Virus record (IMG/VR): IMGVR_UViG_3300032287_003559
Span: 96,001-160,000 of that record
From: a virus
Length of the DNA: 64,000 nt
Strand: one strand, 5' to 3'
In this document: one piece after another, positions 10,108 to 20,323 of the stretch
How positions within the stretch are numbered: position 1 is the stretch's first letter
Layout of the letters: every line of letters starts with the position of its first letter
Notes under the pieces: model-generated
What the model saw: only the letters and a program-made list of their open reading frames with translations
What the model was told of the DNA's origin: nothing
The model's database searches: none
Made by a program: the position numbers and the translations under genes

Positions 10108-11063
10108 ATATTGCATTTATAGGACCTGGTATTATGCCCATTCCCCCGAATGGATGGGGGGCAGTGGAAATGTTGATATGGGATTATGCAACAGTTCTAG
10201 GGAATTTGGGGCATACTGGTGTAATTATCAATACTCCAAATAGGTCTGAAATTATTCAAGAACTTAAAGAAGATGAATTTGATATTGTTCATCTTCATTA
10301 CGATGTTTTTCATGATATTATTCCTGAAATATTGGATACTATTAAAGGTAAATTGATTGTATCTAGTCATTATCCATATATCAATTATCCTGAGATGTGG
10401 GCGAATGATAATTATAGCCCTATAGTAAAAAGTTTTAGTAATAATAAAAATTTTAATATCTTTTCTTCTAGTCAAAAAGATATTAATACCTTTGTTAGTT
10501 ATGGTGCGGATCCTAATAACTGTTGGTTGAGTAGATTGGGTGTTCTTCCAGATTCGTATGCATTTGATGAAAATGCTACTTATGATAGAACACTTTCTTT
10601 TTCACAGATTTGTGATAGAAAGCGCCAATATCTTATCCAAGATTTTGATAATGTTGATTTTATTGGAAGACTGGAATATGGGAAGTTTAACAATAAGGCA
10701 AACTATAAGGGAGAAATGCCCAGAGTAAAATTAAATACGGAAATAACCAAGTATTCTAATTTTACTCTTTTAAGTTCCGTTGAAAATACAACTCCTTTGG
10801 TAGTTAAAGAAGCACTTATTTGTGGATTGGGTGTTGTAGTTTCTGAAGAAGTGTCTGTTGAACTAGACACAAGTTTAGATTTTATTGATGTTATTACAGA
10901 AGATAAGATCGAAGATCTTTCCTATGTTCAAAGTGTTCTGCAAAAAAATAAAGAATACTCTGTAAAAAACAGAAATAAAATTAGAGAGTATGGAATTCAA
11001 ACATTTGGTCTCTCAAATATTTTAGAATTTGAGTATGTTCCCAAAATGCAGTCATTGTTATGA
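10104..11063 (+). CDS. GT4-family glycosyltransferase
   Basis: IPPNGWGAVE, DIVHLHYD, E..PLVVKEALICG. Confidence 0.8.
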   Translation: MNIAFIGPGIMPIPPNGWGAVEMLIWDYATVLGNLGHTGVIINTPNRSEIIQELKEDEFDIVHLHYDVFHDIIPEILDTIKGKLIVSSHYPYINYPEMWANDNYSPIVKSFSNNKNFNIFSSSQKDINTFVSYGADPNNCWLSRLGVLPDSYAFDENATYDRTLSFSQICDRKRQYLIQDFDNVDFIGRLEYGKFNNKANYKGEMPRVKLNTEITKYSNFTLLSSVENTTPLVVKEALICGLGVVVSEEVSVELDTSLDFIDVITEDKIEDLSYVQSVLQKNKEYSVKNRNKIREYGIQTFGLSNILEFEYVPKMQSLL

Positions 11064-12013
11064 AAATAAGTATCATCGGTCCAGCTACACAAATTCCCCC
11101 TGTAGGATGGGGAGCAGTTGAAAGTTTAATTTGGGATTATAAGATATCTCTAGAAGAGATGGACCATAAAGTTCAAATTATAAACATTGAAAATCCTAAC
11201 GAAATTATTCAGCGGATTAATCAATTTAGACCAGATTTTGTTCATATCAATTATGATGATTGGATTGTTCTCTATCCATATATTCAATATCCTTGTGCAA
11301 TAACTTCTCACTTCGGATATATTGAAAGACCTGATATGATGGGAGGATACATAAACATTTTCAACTTATTCCAAAATTATAAACCAAATATTTTTTGCTT
11401 GTCCGAAAGCATTAAAAAAGTTTATAAAGTTTTTTCTGGTATCTCTGAAGATAAATTATTTGTTACTCCTAATGGCGTAAATCTTTCTATCTTTAAAAAA
11501 GAAAGAGAACCAAAGTATCCAGATAGAAGCATTTATCTTGCAAAAATAGATTATCGCAAACGCCAACACTTATTTCAATCTATTGAAAGTCTTTGGTATG
11601 CTGGTAATATTGCTGATAGTAGATTTGATATATCCAAAAATTATCTTGGAGAATGGAATAAAACACAACTCCATAATCAGTTGACCGATTATGGTAATCT
11701 GGTATTATTGAGTGATGGTGAAGCGCATTCATTAGTATTGATGGAAGCACTTGCATCTGGTCTTGGAATTGTAATTAGCGAATTTGCAACAGCAAATCTT
11801 GATCTTGATAAAAATTTTATCGATGTTATTCCAGAAAAAAGAATAAATGATCTTGAATATGTTGAAAGTATCATTGTAAAAAACAGGGAATATTCTATTA
11901 CTCATCGTGAAGAAATTATTGAATATTCTCAAAATTTTGGATGGTCAAATATAATAAAAAATTATTATCTACCTAGTGTTCAAAAATTAATTGCAAATTA
12001 TGATAGGATTTAA
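11060..12013 (+). CDS. GT4-family glycosyltransferase
   Basis: IPPVGWGAVE, TPNGV, EAHSLVLMEALASG (E-x7-E). Confidence 0.82.
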   Translation: MKISIIGPATQIPPVGWGAVESLIWDYKISLEEMDHKVQIINIENPNEIIQRINQFRPDFVHINYDDWIVLYPYIQYPCAITSHFGYIERPDMMGGYINIFNLFQNYKPNIFCLSESIKKVYKVFSGISEDKLFVTPNGVNLSIFKKEREPKYPDRSIYLAKIDYRKRQHLFQSIESLWYAGNIADSRFDISKNYLGEWNKTQLHNQLTDYGNLVLLSDGEAHSLVLMEALASGLGIVISEFATANLDLDKNFIDVIPEKRINDLEYVESIIVKNREYSITHREEIIEYSQNFGWSNIIKNYYLPSVQKLIANYDRI

Positions 12014-12794
12014 TGCTTTGGGGCAACTTGGTAGACTTGGAAATCAAATGTTCCAGTTTGCTTCGCTTAAGGGAATCGCAAGAAACCGTGGATATGAATA
12101 TTGCTTTCCTCCCACACAAAATAAAAATGAATGGACAGACCATCAATTGTTCAATCCTTTTAAACTTAGTAGAACTAGTCAACTAAATGTTCAGTTTATT
12201 GACGCAAATAGACCTACTATTGCGGAAAGTGGATTTTCATTTGATGAAAAGTTATTTAATGAATGTCCAGATTGGGTTTGTATTCAAGGATTTTTTCAGT
12301 CTGAAAAATATTTTAAACATATTGAAAATGAAATTAGATCTGATTTTGAATTCAAAGATGAAATTCTTAATCCTTGTAAAGAGATGATTTCTCAACTGGA
12401 TTCCTCCCCAATTGCACTTCACATCCGCAGAACAGATTATATTACCAATTCTAATCATACTGTATTGGATTTGGAATATTATCAAAAAGCATTAGATGAG
12501 TTCGATAAAGAAGTTACAGTTCTTGTGTTTTCTGATGATCCTGGTTGGTGTAATCAGCAAGATATTTTCTCATCAGATAGATTTCTTATTGCCGAAGGAA
12601 ATTCTAATTATGTTGATTTGTGTTTGATGTCTCTGTGTTCTGGTCACATTATTGCCAACTCTTCATTTTCTTGGTGGGGTGCTTGGCTAGCAAACAATAA
12701 TAAAGTTGTAGCACCTTCTGGATGGTTTTCTGGGTCTAATAATGAGCACCTAGATATTAAAGATTTGATTCCCGAAACTTGGATGGTGATTTAA
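12000..12794 (+). CDS. alpha-1,2-fucosyltransferase (GT11)
   Basis: GRLGNQMFQ, HIRRTDY, FSDD, IIANSSFSWWGAWL; ATG at 12000 preferred. Confidence 0.92.
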   Translation: MIGFNALGQLGRLGNQMFQFASLKGIARNRGYEYCFPPTQNKNEWTDHQLFNPFKLSRTSQLNVQFIDANRPTIAESGFSFDEKLFNECPDWVCIQGFFQSEKYFKHIENEIRSDFEFKDEILNPCKEMISQLDSSPIALHIRRTDYITNSNHTVLDLEYYQKALDEFDKEVTVLVFSDDPGWCNQQDIFSSDRFLIAEGNSNYVDLCLMSLCSGHIIANSSFSWWGAWLANNNKVVAPSGWFSGSNNEHLDIKDLIPETWMVI

Positions 12795-13510
12795 TGAAAA
12801 TTGCGATTTGTTTTATTGGTACTGGAAAGTATTTAAACTTTCTTCCAAAATATTATGAAAATATTCATGAATATTTTCTTCCCAATAGCGAAAAAACTTT
12901 TTTAGTTTTTACGGATGGTGAAGGAGATTTTCCTGAAGATGTTAAAGTATATAAACAAAAACATCTTGAATGGCCTTATATTACCTTAACAAGATTTGGA
13001 ATTATTCAAAAAGCAAAAGAAGAAATTGAAAAGAATGATTGGTTTGTTTTTATTGATGCAGACGCTTTGGTAGTCAATTCAATTACTGAAGAAGAGTTTT
13101 TTGATGATACTAAATCATTTTTTGGAGTCCATCATCCATGTCATTTTCTTCAGATGTCTCCGCATAATGAATATCCTGGAGCATTTGAAACAAATCCACA
13201 GTCTCTTTCTCATATCACTCAAACAGATGATTTGTCTACTTATTATCAAGGATGTTTATGGGGAGGAAAAGTTCCAGATGTTCTTAAGATGATTGAAGAA
13301 CTTGATTGTAGAGTAAACAAAGATCTTGAAAATGATGTGATTGCCGTATGGCATGATGAAAGTCATATCAATAAATTTTTTATTGAACAAAAGGAGTATG
13401 TGAATACTTTAGGTCCAGAGTATGCATACCCAGAAGTATTTTCTAGTTATTGCAAATTCGACCCAAAGATAGTACACTTAGCAAAAAATAACTCAAAATA
13501 TCATGTTTGA
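12794..13510 (+). CDS. GT6 (ABO/alpha-1,3-Gal(NAc)-transferase-like) glycosyltransferase
   Basis: IGTGKY, WPYITL.RF, FIDAD, HHP, YYQGCLWGG, AVWHDESHINK. Confidence 0.92.
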   Translation: MKIAICFIGTGKYLNFLPKYYENIHEYFLPNSEKTFLVFTDGEGDFPEDVKVYKQKHLEWPYITLTRFGIIQKAKEEIEKNDWFVFIDADALVVNSITEEEFFDDTKSFFGVHHPCHFLQMSPHNEYPGAFETNPQSLSHITQTDDLSTYYQGCLWGGKVPDVLKMIEELDCRVNKDLENDVIAVWHDESHINKFFIEQKEYVNTLGPEYAYPEVFSSYCKFDPKIVHLAKNNSKYHV

Positions 13511-14312
13511 ATTAAACGATAAAAATAAATCTACCTATAAACTCAAAGGTATTGGTCCGATCTATTATTTAAATCTTGATGGGCAACCAGAAAGAAGGAA
13601 ATATATGGAGGATCAATTTAAATATTGGGAGGTTGAAAATTATACTCGTATTTCTGCATATGATGGACGAGAAGATGATCTAAGTGATATCTTAGTTGGG
13701 CGGTATCCTGAAATGATGACCTCTGGAGAAATTGGATGTATTACTTCTCATCTAAAAGCAATTAAACATTGGTATGAAACATCCGATAGTCCATATGCAG
13801 TCATTATGGAAGATGATTGTAATTTGGATTTAGTCCGATATTGGAATTTTACCTGGGATGATTTTTATGCACATATCCCATATGATTGGGATATTGTACA
13901 AATTGCTATTATCTGTACTGGAGATCTTCATGTTAAACTTCATAAAAGATTTGTAAATGATTTCTCTACAGCTTGTTATCTGATTACTAGACATCATGCA
14001 GAAAAACTTATTAAGTTCCATACTAGAGGAGATAAGTATAAACTTGATAATGGAGTTAAACCACGTCCAGTTGCTGATGACTTGATTTATAATTCCGGAA
14101 ATACTTATTCAATTCCTCTTCTCCTCTATAGAACTGAACTTGGGTCTTCTATCCATCCAGAACACGTTGATGCATTTCATAAAGCTAATTTCAATGCACT
14201 ATCTCAATTCTGGGAACAAAACAGTTCTCAAATCGATATTAAAGATTATATGAACTATGATCCATATCTTGGTCGTATAGTTGAAAATTCTTCTGCCCAA
14301 CAAAATCCTTGA
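13503..14312 (+). CDS. GT25-family glycosyltransferase
   Basis: YYLNL...ERR, SAYDG, GEIGCITSH, IMEDD. Confidence 0.9.
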   Translation: MFELNDKNKSTYKLKGIGPIYYLNLDGQPERRKYMEDQFKYWEVENYTRISAYDGREDDLSDILVGRYPEMMTSGEIGCITSHLKAIKHWYETSDSPYAVIMEDDCNLDLVRYWNFTWDDFYAHIPYDWDIVQIAIICTGDLHVKLHKRFVNDFSTACYLITRHHAEKLIKFHTRGDKYKLDNGVKPRPVADDLIYNSGNTYSIPLLLYRTELGSSIHPEHVDAFHKANFNALSQFWEQNSSQIDIKDYMNYDPYLGRIVENSSAQQNP

Positions 14313-14337
14313 CGGATTTGAAAAATCATATTAGAAT
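14309..14337 (+). promoter_or_regulatory. sigma70-type early promoter for the porin
   Basis: TTGACG-17 bp-TAGAAT. Confidence 0.7.
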
Positions 14338-14436
14338 ACTTGCATCTTAAGGGTTGCTTAAGACATTCTAAATAACGAGGGTTTCTTTTTAGTTAGAAAT
14401 CTTCATATTGTCGTTTAGTACAAAATACAAATTTTT

Positions 14437-15909
14437 ATGAAACTCAAACAACTGATGCTTGCACCTGTTGCTCTTGGAATGATTGCTCCTGCTGCTGCGA
14501 ATGCGGCAGATCTGAATATGGCAGCAGTCAATCAATATTCTACGGAACAGGTCACAAGCGTCTCACAATTCTCTGATGTAAAGCCTACCGATTGGGCATA
14601 TCAGGCACTCAGCAACCTCGTAGAGCGTTATGGTTGCGTTGCTGGATATCCTAACGGCACCTTTGGTGGTGGTAAGGCAATGACCCGCTATGAGGCAGCA
14701 GCACTTCTGAATGCTTGCCTCGATCGTGTGACTGAAGTTACCGATGAACTCAAGCGTCTTCAGAATGAATTCTCACAAGAACTCGCTGTTCTTCGTGGTC
14801 GTGTTGATGCTGCTGAGGCACGTATCGGTCAACTGGAAGCAACTCAGTTCTCCACCACTACTAAACTGCGTGGTGAAGCAACCTTCGTTCTGGGTGGCGT
14901 TCCTGGTTATGATACCAAGACTGATGTAAGCACTCGTACTGCTTTCAACTATGATGTTCGTCTGAACTTTGATACTTCGTTTACTGGTAAGGATCTGCTC
15001 CGTACCCGTCTGCGTTCTTCTAACTTCAGTGCTGATCCTTTTGGTTCGTCTTCCTCCCTGTTCAAACTGGACAAGGCTGATAACACCCAATCGGAAACTG
15101 GCGATAACGTAGTGATTGATCGTCTCTACTATTCGTTCCCTGCTCTGAACAACCGTGCAACTCTGACCCTTGGTGCTAAGGTCCGTAACACCGAAATGGC
15201 TTGGTTGCCTACTGCATACAAGTCGGAAGTTCTTGACTTCTTTGCTGTTGCTGGTGCTCCTGGCGTTTATAACAAGGCAACTGGTGCTGGTTTCGGTGCT
15301 CTGTGGAGTCAAGGTAAGACTGGTTTCGTTGCTGGTGTAAACTATGTTGCTCAAAAGGGTGACGACAGCGAAACTGGTGTCTTTGATGAAACCAGCGGTC
15401 TGAACACTCTGGCACAAATCGGTTACCGTGGTAAGAACTGGGGTATCGGTGCTGGTTACCGTTATGGTACTGAAGGTACTCGTGTTCGCACCTACAACGG
15501 TCTGAATGGAGCTGGTGGTACTCTGGTTCCTGGTCAAACCTCTAATGGTTATGCCGTGAACGCATACTGGCAACCTACTAAGTCTGGTATCGTTCCTTCC
15601 ATCTCTGCTGGTTATGGTTGGAACACCGTGAGTGGTACTGCAAGTGCTGCTACCGATAGTCAGTCGTGGTTTGCTGGTCTCCAGTGGGCAGATGTACTTG
15701 CTAAGGGCAACTCTGCTGGTATTGCTATCGGTCAAGCACCTACGGGCGAAGACCTTGAGGCAGCAACGATGCTTGAAATCTTCTACAAGTATCAAGTTTC
15801 GGATAACATTAGTATCACTCCTGCGATCTTTTACGCAAGTGATAATCAACGCCTGATTGGTGATGCCTCTAAGTGGGGTGGCGTGATCCAGACCAAGTTT
15901 ACGTTCTGA
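14437..15909 (+). CDS. cyanobacterial Som-type outer-membrane porin (SLH + OprB-like barrel)
   Basis: Signal peptide; SLH motif FSDVKPTDWAYQAL..LVERYGCVAGYP; FSTTTKL.GE; C-terminal F. Confidence 0.93.
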   Translation: MKLKQLMLAPVALGMIAPAAANAADLNMAAVNQYSTEQVTSVSQFSDVKPTDWAYQALSNLVERYGCVAGYPNGTFGGGKAMTRYEAAALLNACLDRVTEVTDELKRLQNEFSQELAVLRGRVDAAEARIGQLEATQFSTTTKLRGEATFVLGGVPGYDTKTDVSTRTAFNYDVRLNFDTSFTGKDLLRTRLRSSNFSADPFGSSSSLFKLDKADNTQSETGDNVVIDRLYYSFPALNNRATLTLGAKVRNTEMAWLPTAYKSEVLDFFAVAGAPGVYNKATGAGFGALWSQGKTGFVAGVNYVAQKGDDSETGVFDETSGLNTLAQIGYRGKNWGIGAGYRYGTEGTRVRTYNGLNGAGGTLVPGQTSNGYAVNAYWQPTKSGIVPSISAGYGWNTVSGTASAATDSQSWFAGLQWADVLAKGNSAGIAIGQAPTGEDLEAATMLEIFYKYQVSDNISITPAIFYASDNQRLIGDASKWGGVIQTKFTF

Positions 15910-15912
15910 TAA

Positions 15913-17220
<1,308 letters not shown>

Positions 17221-17222
17221 AC

Positions 17223-17250
17223 CTTAACCAATTCTTAGTGGACTTTAATT
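17223..17250 (+). promoter_or_regulatory. putative Pho box (SphR/PhoB site) upstream of pstS
   Basis: CTTAACC, CTTAGTG and TTTAATT at 11- and 10-bp spacing resemble the cyanobacterial YTTAAYYW repeat. Confidence 0.6.
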
Positions 17251-17303
17251 TTTTTCTCTAGTAGAATTACTTACGAAGTCGTTACTTTTACTTCAAACTT
17301 TTT

Positions 17304-18269
17304 ATGAAACTCAAAAACTTTATTGCTATTGGTCTGGTTGCTGCTCCTGTTGGTGCTATTGCTGGACCTGCTTTGAATGGTGCAGGTGCCACCTTCCCTG
17401 CACCTCTTTATCAACGTTGGTTCCAAGATTATGCACGAACTTCTGGGAGTAGGGTTAATTATCAGTCCGTTGGTTCTGGCGCTGGTATTCGTCAATTTGT
17501 TGCAGGCACAGTTGACTTCGCAGCAAGCGACGAACCAATCAAACCCGCAGAAGCAGCAAAAGTGAAGCGTGGTGTCGTTCAGTTCCCTGCTGTGGGTGGA
17601 ACGATCGCTGTTGCTTATAATAAACCCGGTTGCACTCTGAAACTCACTCAGAAGCAGACTGTAGATATCTTTGCTGGACGCATTAAGGATTGGAACAAAC
17701 TACCTAACTGTGGTAATGGTCCCATTCGCGTTGTTCATCGTTCTGATGGTTCTGGAACCACCTTTGCTTTCACTAACTCTCTGGAAGCATTTGGTGGTTG
17801 GACTTATGGCGTTGCAAAGGCAGTCAACTGGCCTACTGGTGTTGGTGCAAAAGGTAATGAAGGTGTTTCTGGAACTATTCGTAACACTCCTGGTGCGATT
17901 GGTTATGTGAATACTGGATTTATAAAAGCAAACAAACTTCAAGCAGCAGCAATTCAAAATAAGGCAGGGCAGTTTGTTCTTCCTTCTGCTAAGTCTGGTG
18001 CTGCTGCTCTGAATAGTATTTCTCTGGATAGCAATCTTGCAGGAGAAAATCCTAATCCTGCAGGTGCTGGTGCATATCCTATCTCCACACTTACTTGGAT
18101 TCTTGCTTATAAGACTGGTAATGGTGCTGAGACAGATGACCTCCAGAAAACCTTTAACTATATTCTGAGCGGTAAGGCACAGATGATTGCTGATGATCTG
18201 GGTTATGTTCCTCTTGCAGGAAGCGTTCTAAACAAGTCTCGTATTGCTGTGAAGCGTATTGGTCAGTAA
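17304..18269 (+). CDS. pstS: phosphate ABC transporter substrate-binding protein
   Basis: GAGATFPAPLY, YQSVGSGAG, RSDGSGTT, GNEGV, YPI. Confidence 0.97.
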   Translation: MKLKNFIAIGLVAAPVGAIAGPALNGAGATFPAPLYQRWFQDYARTSGSRVNYQSVGSGAGIRQFVAGTVDFAASDEPIKPAEAAKVKRGVVQFPAVGGTIAVAYNKPGCTLKLTQKQTVDIFAGRIKDWNKLPNCGNGPIRVVHRSDGSGTTFAFTNSLEAFGGWTYGVAKAVNWPTGVGAKGNEGVSGTIRNTPGAIGYVNTGFIKANKLQAAAIQNKAGQFVLPSAKSGAAALNSISLDSNLAGENPNPAGAGAYPISTLTWILAYKTGNGAETDDLQKTFNYILSGKAQMIADDLGYVPLAGSVLNKSRIAVKRIGQ

Positions 18270-18279
18270 ATGTTAACAG

Positions 18280-18315
18280 GAGGGGCTTGACGGTCCCTCT
18301 TTTTTTCTATATAAT
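18280..18315 (+). terminator. terminator hairpin overlapping an early promoter
   Basis: GAGGGGC-TTGACG-GTCCCTC + T run; TTGACG-17-TATAAT. Confidence 0.75.
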
Positions 18316-18333
18316 ACTGTAACAATTCGTAAT
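18316..18333 (-). promoter_or_regulatory. putative HLR1 (RpaB) site over the hli transcription start
   Basis: Minus strand reads ATTACGAA-TT-GTTACAGT, versus the (G/T)TTACA(T/A)(T/A)-N2 direct-repeat consensus. Confidence 0.45.
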
Positions 18334-18342
18334 AAAACGAAA

Positions 18343-18552
18343 ATGACTGTAACAAAAAATGAATTTGGTCAAATGAATATGTGGGCAAAAGAACCCTCTA
18401 TGTATATGACAAAAGAAGATCTTGAGCGTTATGGAATTGAACCATATGCTGAAAAGGCAGAAAAAATGAATGGTCGTTGGGCAATGATGGGATTTGTTGC
18501 TGGTGTTATTTCTTATGCTATCACTGGTAACTTCTTCTTTGGTGTATTCTGA
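18343..18552 (+). CDS. hli: high-light-inducible protein
   Basis: AEKMNGRWAMMGF chlorophyll-binding motif. Confidence 0.93.
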   Translation: MTVTKNEFGQMNMWAKEPSMYMTKEDLERYGIEPYAEKAEKMNGRWAMMGFVAGVISYAITGNFFFGVF

Positions 18553-18638
18553 TGACTGAGTTTATTTTCACTTTCACTGGTATTGCATTTTTGGTTCTTC
18601 TGAGTTATTCTGTAGAGAAAGTTTGCGAAACATACTAA
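18552..18638 (+). CDS. 28-aa hydrophobic peptide
   Basis: MTEFIFTFTGIAFLVLLSYSVEKVCETY; TGATG and TAATG coupling at both ends. Confidence 0.55.
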   Translation: MTEFIFTFTGIAFLVLLSYSVEKVCETY

Positions 18639-18913
18639 TGAGTGCTGATATGCTCGGGCAATTTTCAATTGCTCTTGAAAAACTTGGATGGTCTAATGAT
18701 GATGTAATCTCAGTTGAAATTGGTGGTGTAGCAGTCACAGGAACTGCAACTCACTCAGATGCAAATCCAAAGTGGGCAAAGCCATACGGAACTGTAACTT
18801 ATCAGAATGATGCATTTATTGTCATCAAAAATAAAACCAGAAATCCTGTGGTTTCGTCCCAACCAAATCCTGAACTTAAACAACAACACCCTTATAAAGG
18901 AGAAAACAAATGA
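18638..18913 (+). CDS. hypothetical protein
   Basis: ORF coupled by TAATG and ATGA overlaps. Confidence 0.7.
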   Translation: MSADMLGQFSIALEKLGWSNDDVISVEIGGVAVTGTATHSDANPKWAKPYGTVTYQNDAFIVIKNKTRNPVVSSQPNPELKQQHPYKGENK

Positions 18914-19029
18914 ACAAAATTTTTACTGAGCGCGCAGAGCGTATTAATGGATGGGCTGCAATGATCGGATTTGTTGCTGCTGCTGGTTCTTATCTGGTTA
19001 CTGGGCAAATTATTCCCGGTGTATTTTGA
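18910..19029 (+). CDS. hli: high-light-inducible protein (39 aa, missing from ORF track)
   Basis: MNKIFTERAERINGWAAMIGFVAAAGSYLVTGQIIPGVF; AExxNG and TGQIIPG motifs; upstream AGGAG. Confidence 0.93.
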   Translation: MNKIFTERAERINGWAAMIGFVAAAGSYLVTGQIIPGVF

Positions 19030-19040
19030 TGGAGGTTCCT

Positions 19041-19568
19041 ATGCGTAAAGAAGGTTATCAAATTCCTCAAGTTGAGTTTGTGTTCCGTGAAGCAGGTGAG
19101 TTTGTAACACGTACTTCTACCGAACTTTTCAATAGCAAGCGTGTTGTAATCTTCTCTCTTCCTGGTGCGTTTACTCCTACATGTAGTGCCTATCAACTTC
19201 CTGGTTTTGAGGAAAAGTTTGAAGACTTTAAAGCACTTGGTATTGATGAGATTTATTGCATCTCTGTGAATGATGGTTTTGTAATGAATGCTTGGGCACA
19301 AGATCAAAATATTCAAAACGTAAAACTAATTCCCGATGGAAATGCATATTTCACCCGTTCGATGGGTATGCTCGTCAATAAGTCGAACCTTGGGTTCGGT
19401 GAGCGTAGTTGGCGTTACGCTGCTGTGGTAAAAGACGGTATTATTGAAAAACTGTTTGTTGAACCTGGAAAGCGTGATAATTCCCCAGAAGATCCTTATG
19501 GTGAAACAACTCCAGAAAATGTTTTGAATTATATTAGATCATCTGTATTAGAGATGGAACTTGTTTGA
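19041..19568 (+). CDS. type II peroxiredoxin (Prx5-like)
   Basis: FSLPGAFTPTCS, SVND.FVM.AW, PDGN..FT, RSWRYA; GGAGG before ATG 19041. Confidence 0.93.
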   Translation: MRKEGYQIPQVEFVFREAGEFVTRTSTELFNSKRVVIFSLPGAFTPTCSAYQLPGFEEKFEDFKALGIDEIYCISVNDGFVMNAWAQDQNIQNVKLIPDGNAYFTRSMGMLVNKSNLGFGERSWRYAAVVKDGIIEKLFVEPGKRDNSPEDPYGETTPENVLNYIRSSVLEMELV

Positions 19569-19572
19569 TTTT

Positions 19573-19596
19573 AAGGAGGGTTTAACCCTCCTTTTT
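19573..19596 (+). terminator. intrinsic terminator
   Basis: AAGGAGGGT-TTA-ACCCTCCTT + T run; followed by a CTAAATA late-promoter-like motif. Confidence 0.8.
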
Positions 19597-19627
19597 ACTA
19601 AATACATTTACTCTATGTTTGGGAAAG

Positions 19628-20323
19628 ATGAGAGTAGATCTTCATAACTTCTTTAAGCATTATGATGAAAATAATCCAAAACATGTTGCAGCAGTAGAGC
19701 AACTTGAAGTGGATCTTGCAAGTAAGAATCCAGATTTGATCGATGATGCCTCAAACTGGGTTCGCATCTATAGAACAGTTCCTGCAGTTCCGGGAATTCT
19801 TCCAGTTCCTTATTATCCACAGACAGATAACTACAGAGACGCACAAAGAACCTGTAACTCATCTTCTTGTGCGATGTGTCTAGAATACTTTAAACCAGGC
19901 ACGTTACAAGGGGCAAAGGGCGATGATGCCTATATTCAAAAGGTATTTGCTATTGGTGATACAACTGATCACTCCGTCCAGACGAAAGTTCTGGAAGGTT
20001 ATGGAGTTAAGTCACACTTCAGTTACAATCTTTCTTTCTCTGATCTTGATCGTGAGCTTGCCGCTGGGAGACCTGTCGTTATCGGGATTCTTCATAGGGG
20101 CACTTTATCTGCACCTACTGGTGGGCACATGGTTGTAGTCATCGGTAAAAAGGGTGAAGACTACGTAGTAAATGATCCGTATGGATCTTTGAATGATGGT
20201 TATACGGGAGCAGTAACCAACGGTAAAGGTGCTGTATATAAGAAATCAGATCTGATGTATCGTTGGTTAGATCATGGTAAGGATAGAACTGGTTGGGGTC
20301 GTATTTTTGATATAAAAAAGTAG
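19628..20323 (+). CDS. C39-like cysteine peptidase domain protein (endolysin N-terminal part)
   Basis: VPYYPQTDN...RTCNSSSCAM, GGHMVVVIG, VNDPYG (C-H-D triad). Confidence 0.85.
   Translation: MRVDLHNFFKHYDENNPKHVAAVEQLEVDLASKNPDLIDDASNWVRIYRTVPAVPGILPVPYYPQTDNYRDAQRTCNSSSCAMCLEYFKPGTLQGAKGDDAYIQKVFAIGDTTDHSVQTKVLEGYGVKSHFSYNLSFSDLDRELAAGRPVVIGILHRGTLSAPTGGHMVVVIGKKGEDYVVNDPYGSLNDGYTGAVTNGKGAVYKKSDLMYRWLDHGKDRTGWGRIFDIKK

Noticed and set aside
14773-15849. 358-aa antisense ORF over the porin
   Set aside because: Shadow of a strongly codon-biased gene; no recognisable motifs or RBS
18951-19040. Cys-rich N-terminal extension of the peroxiredoxin in the ORF track
   Set aside because: It overlaps the real hli gene (18910-19029) in another frame; the RBS supports ATG 19041
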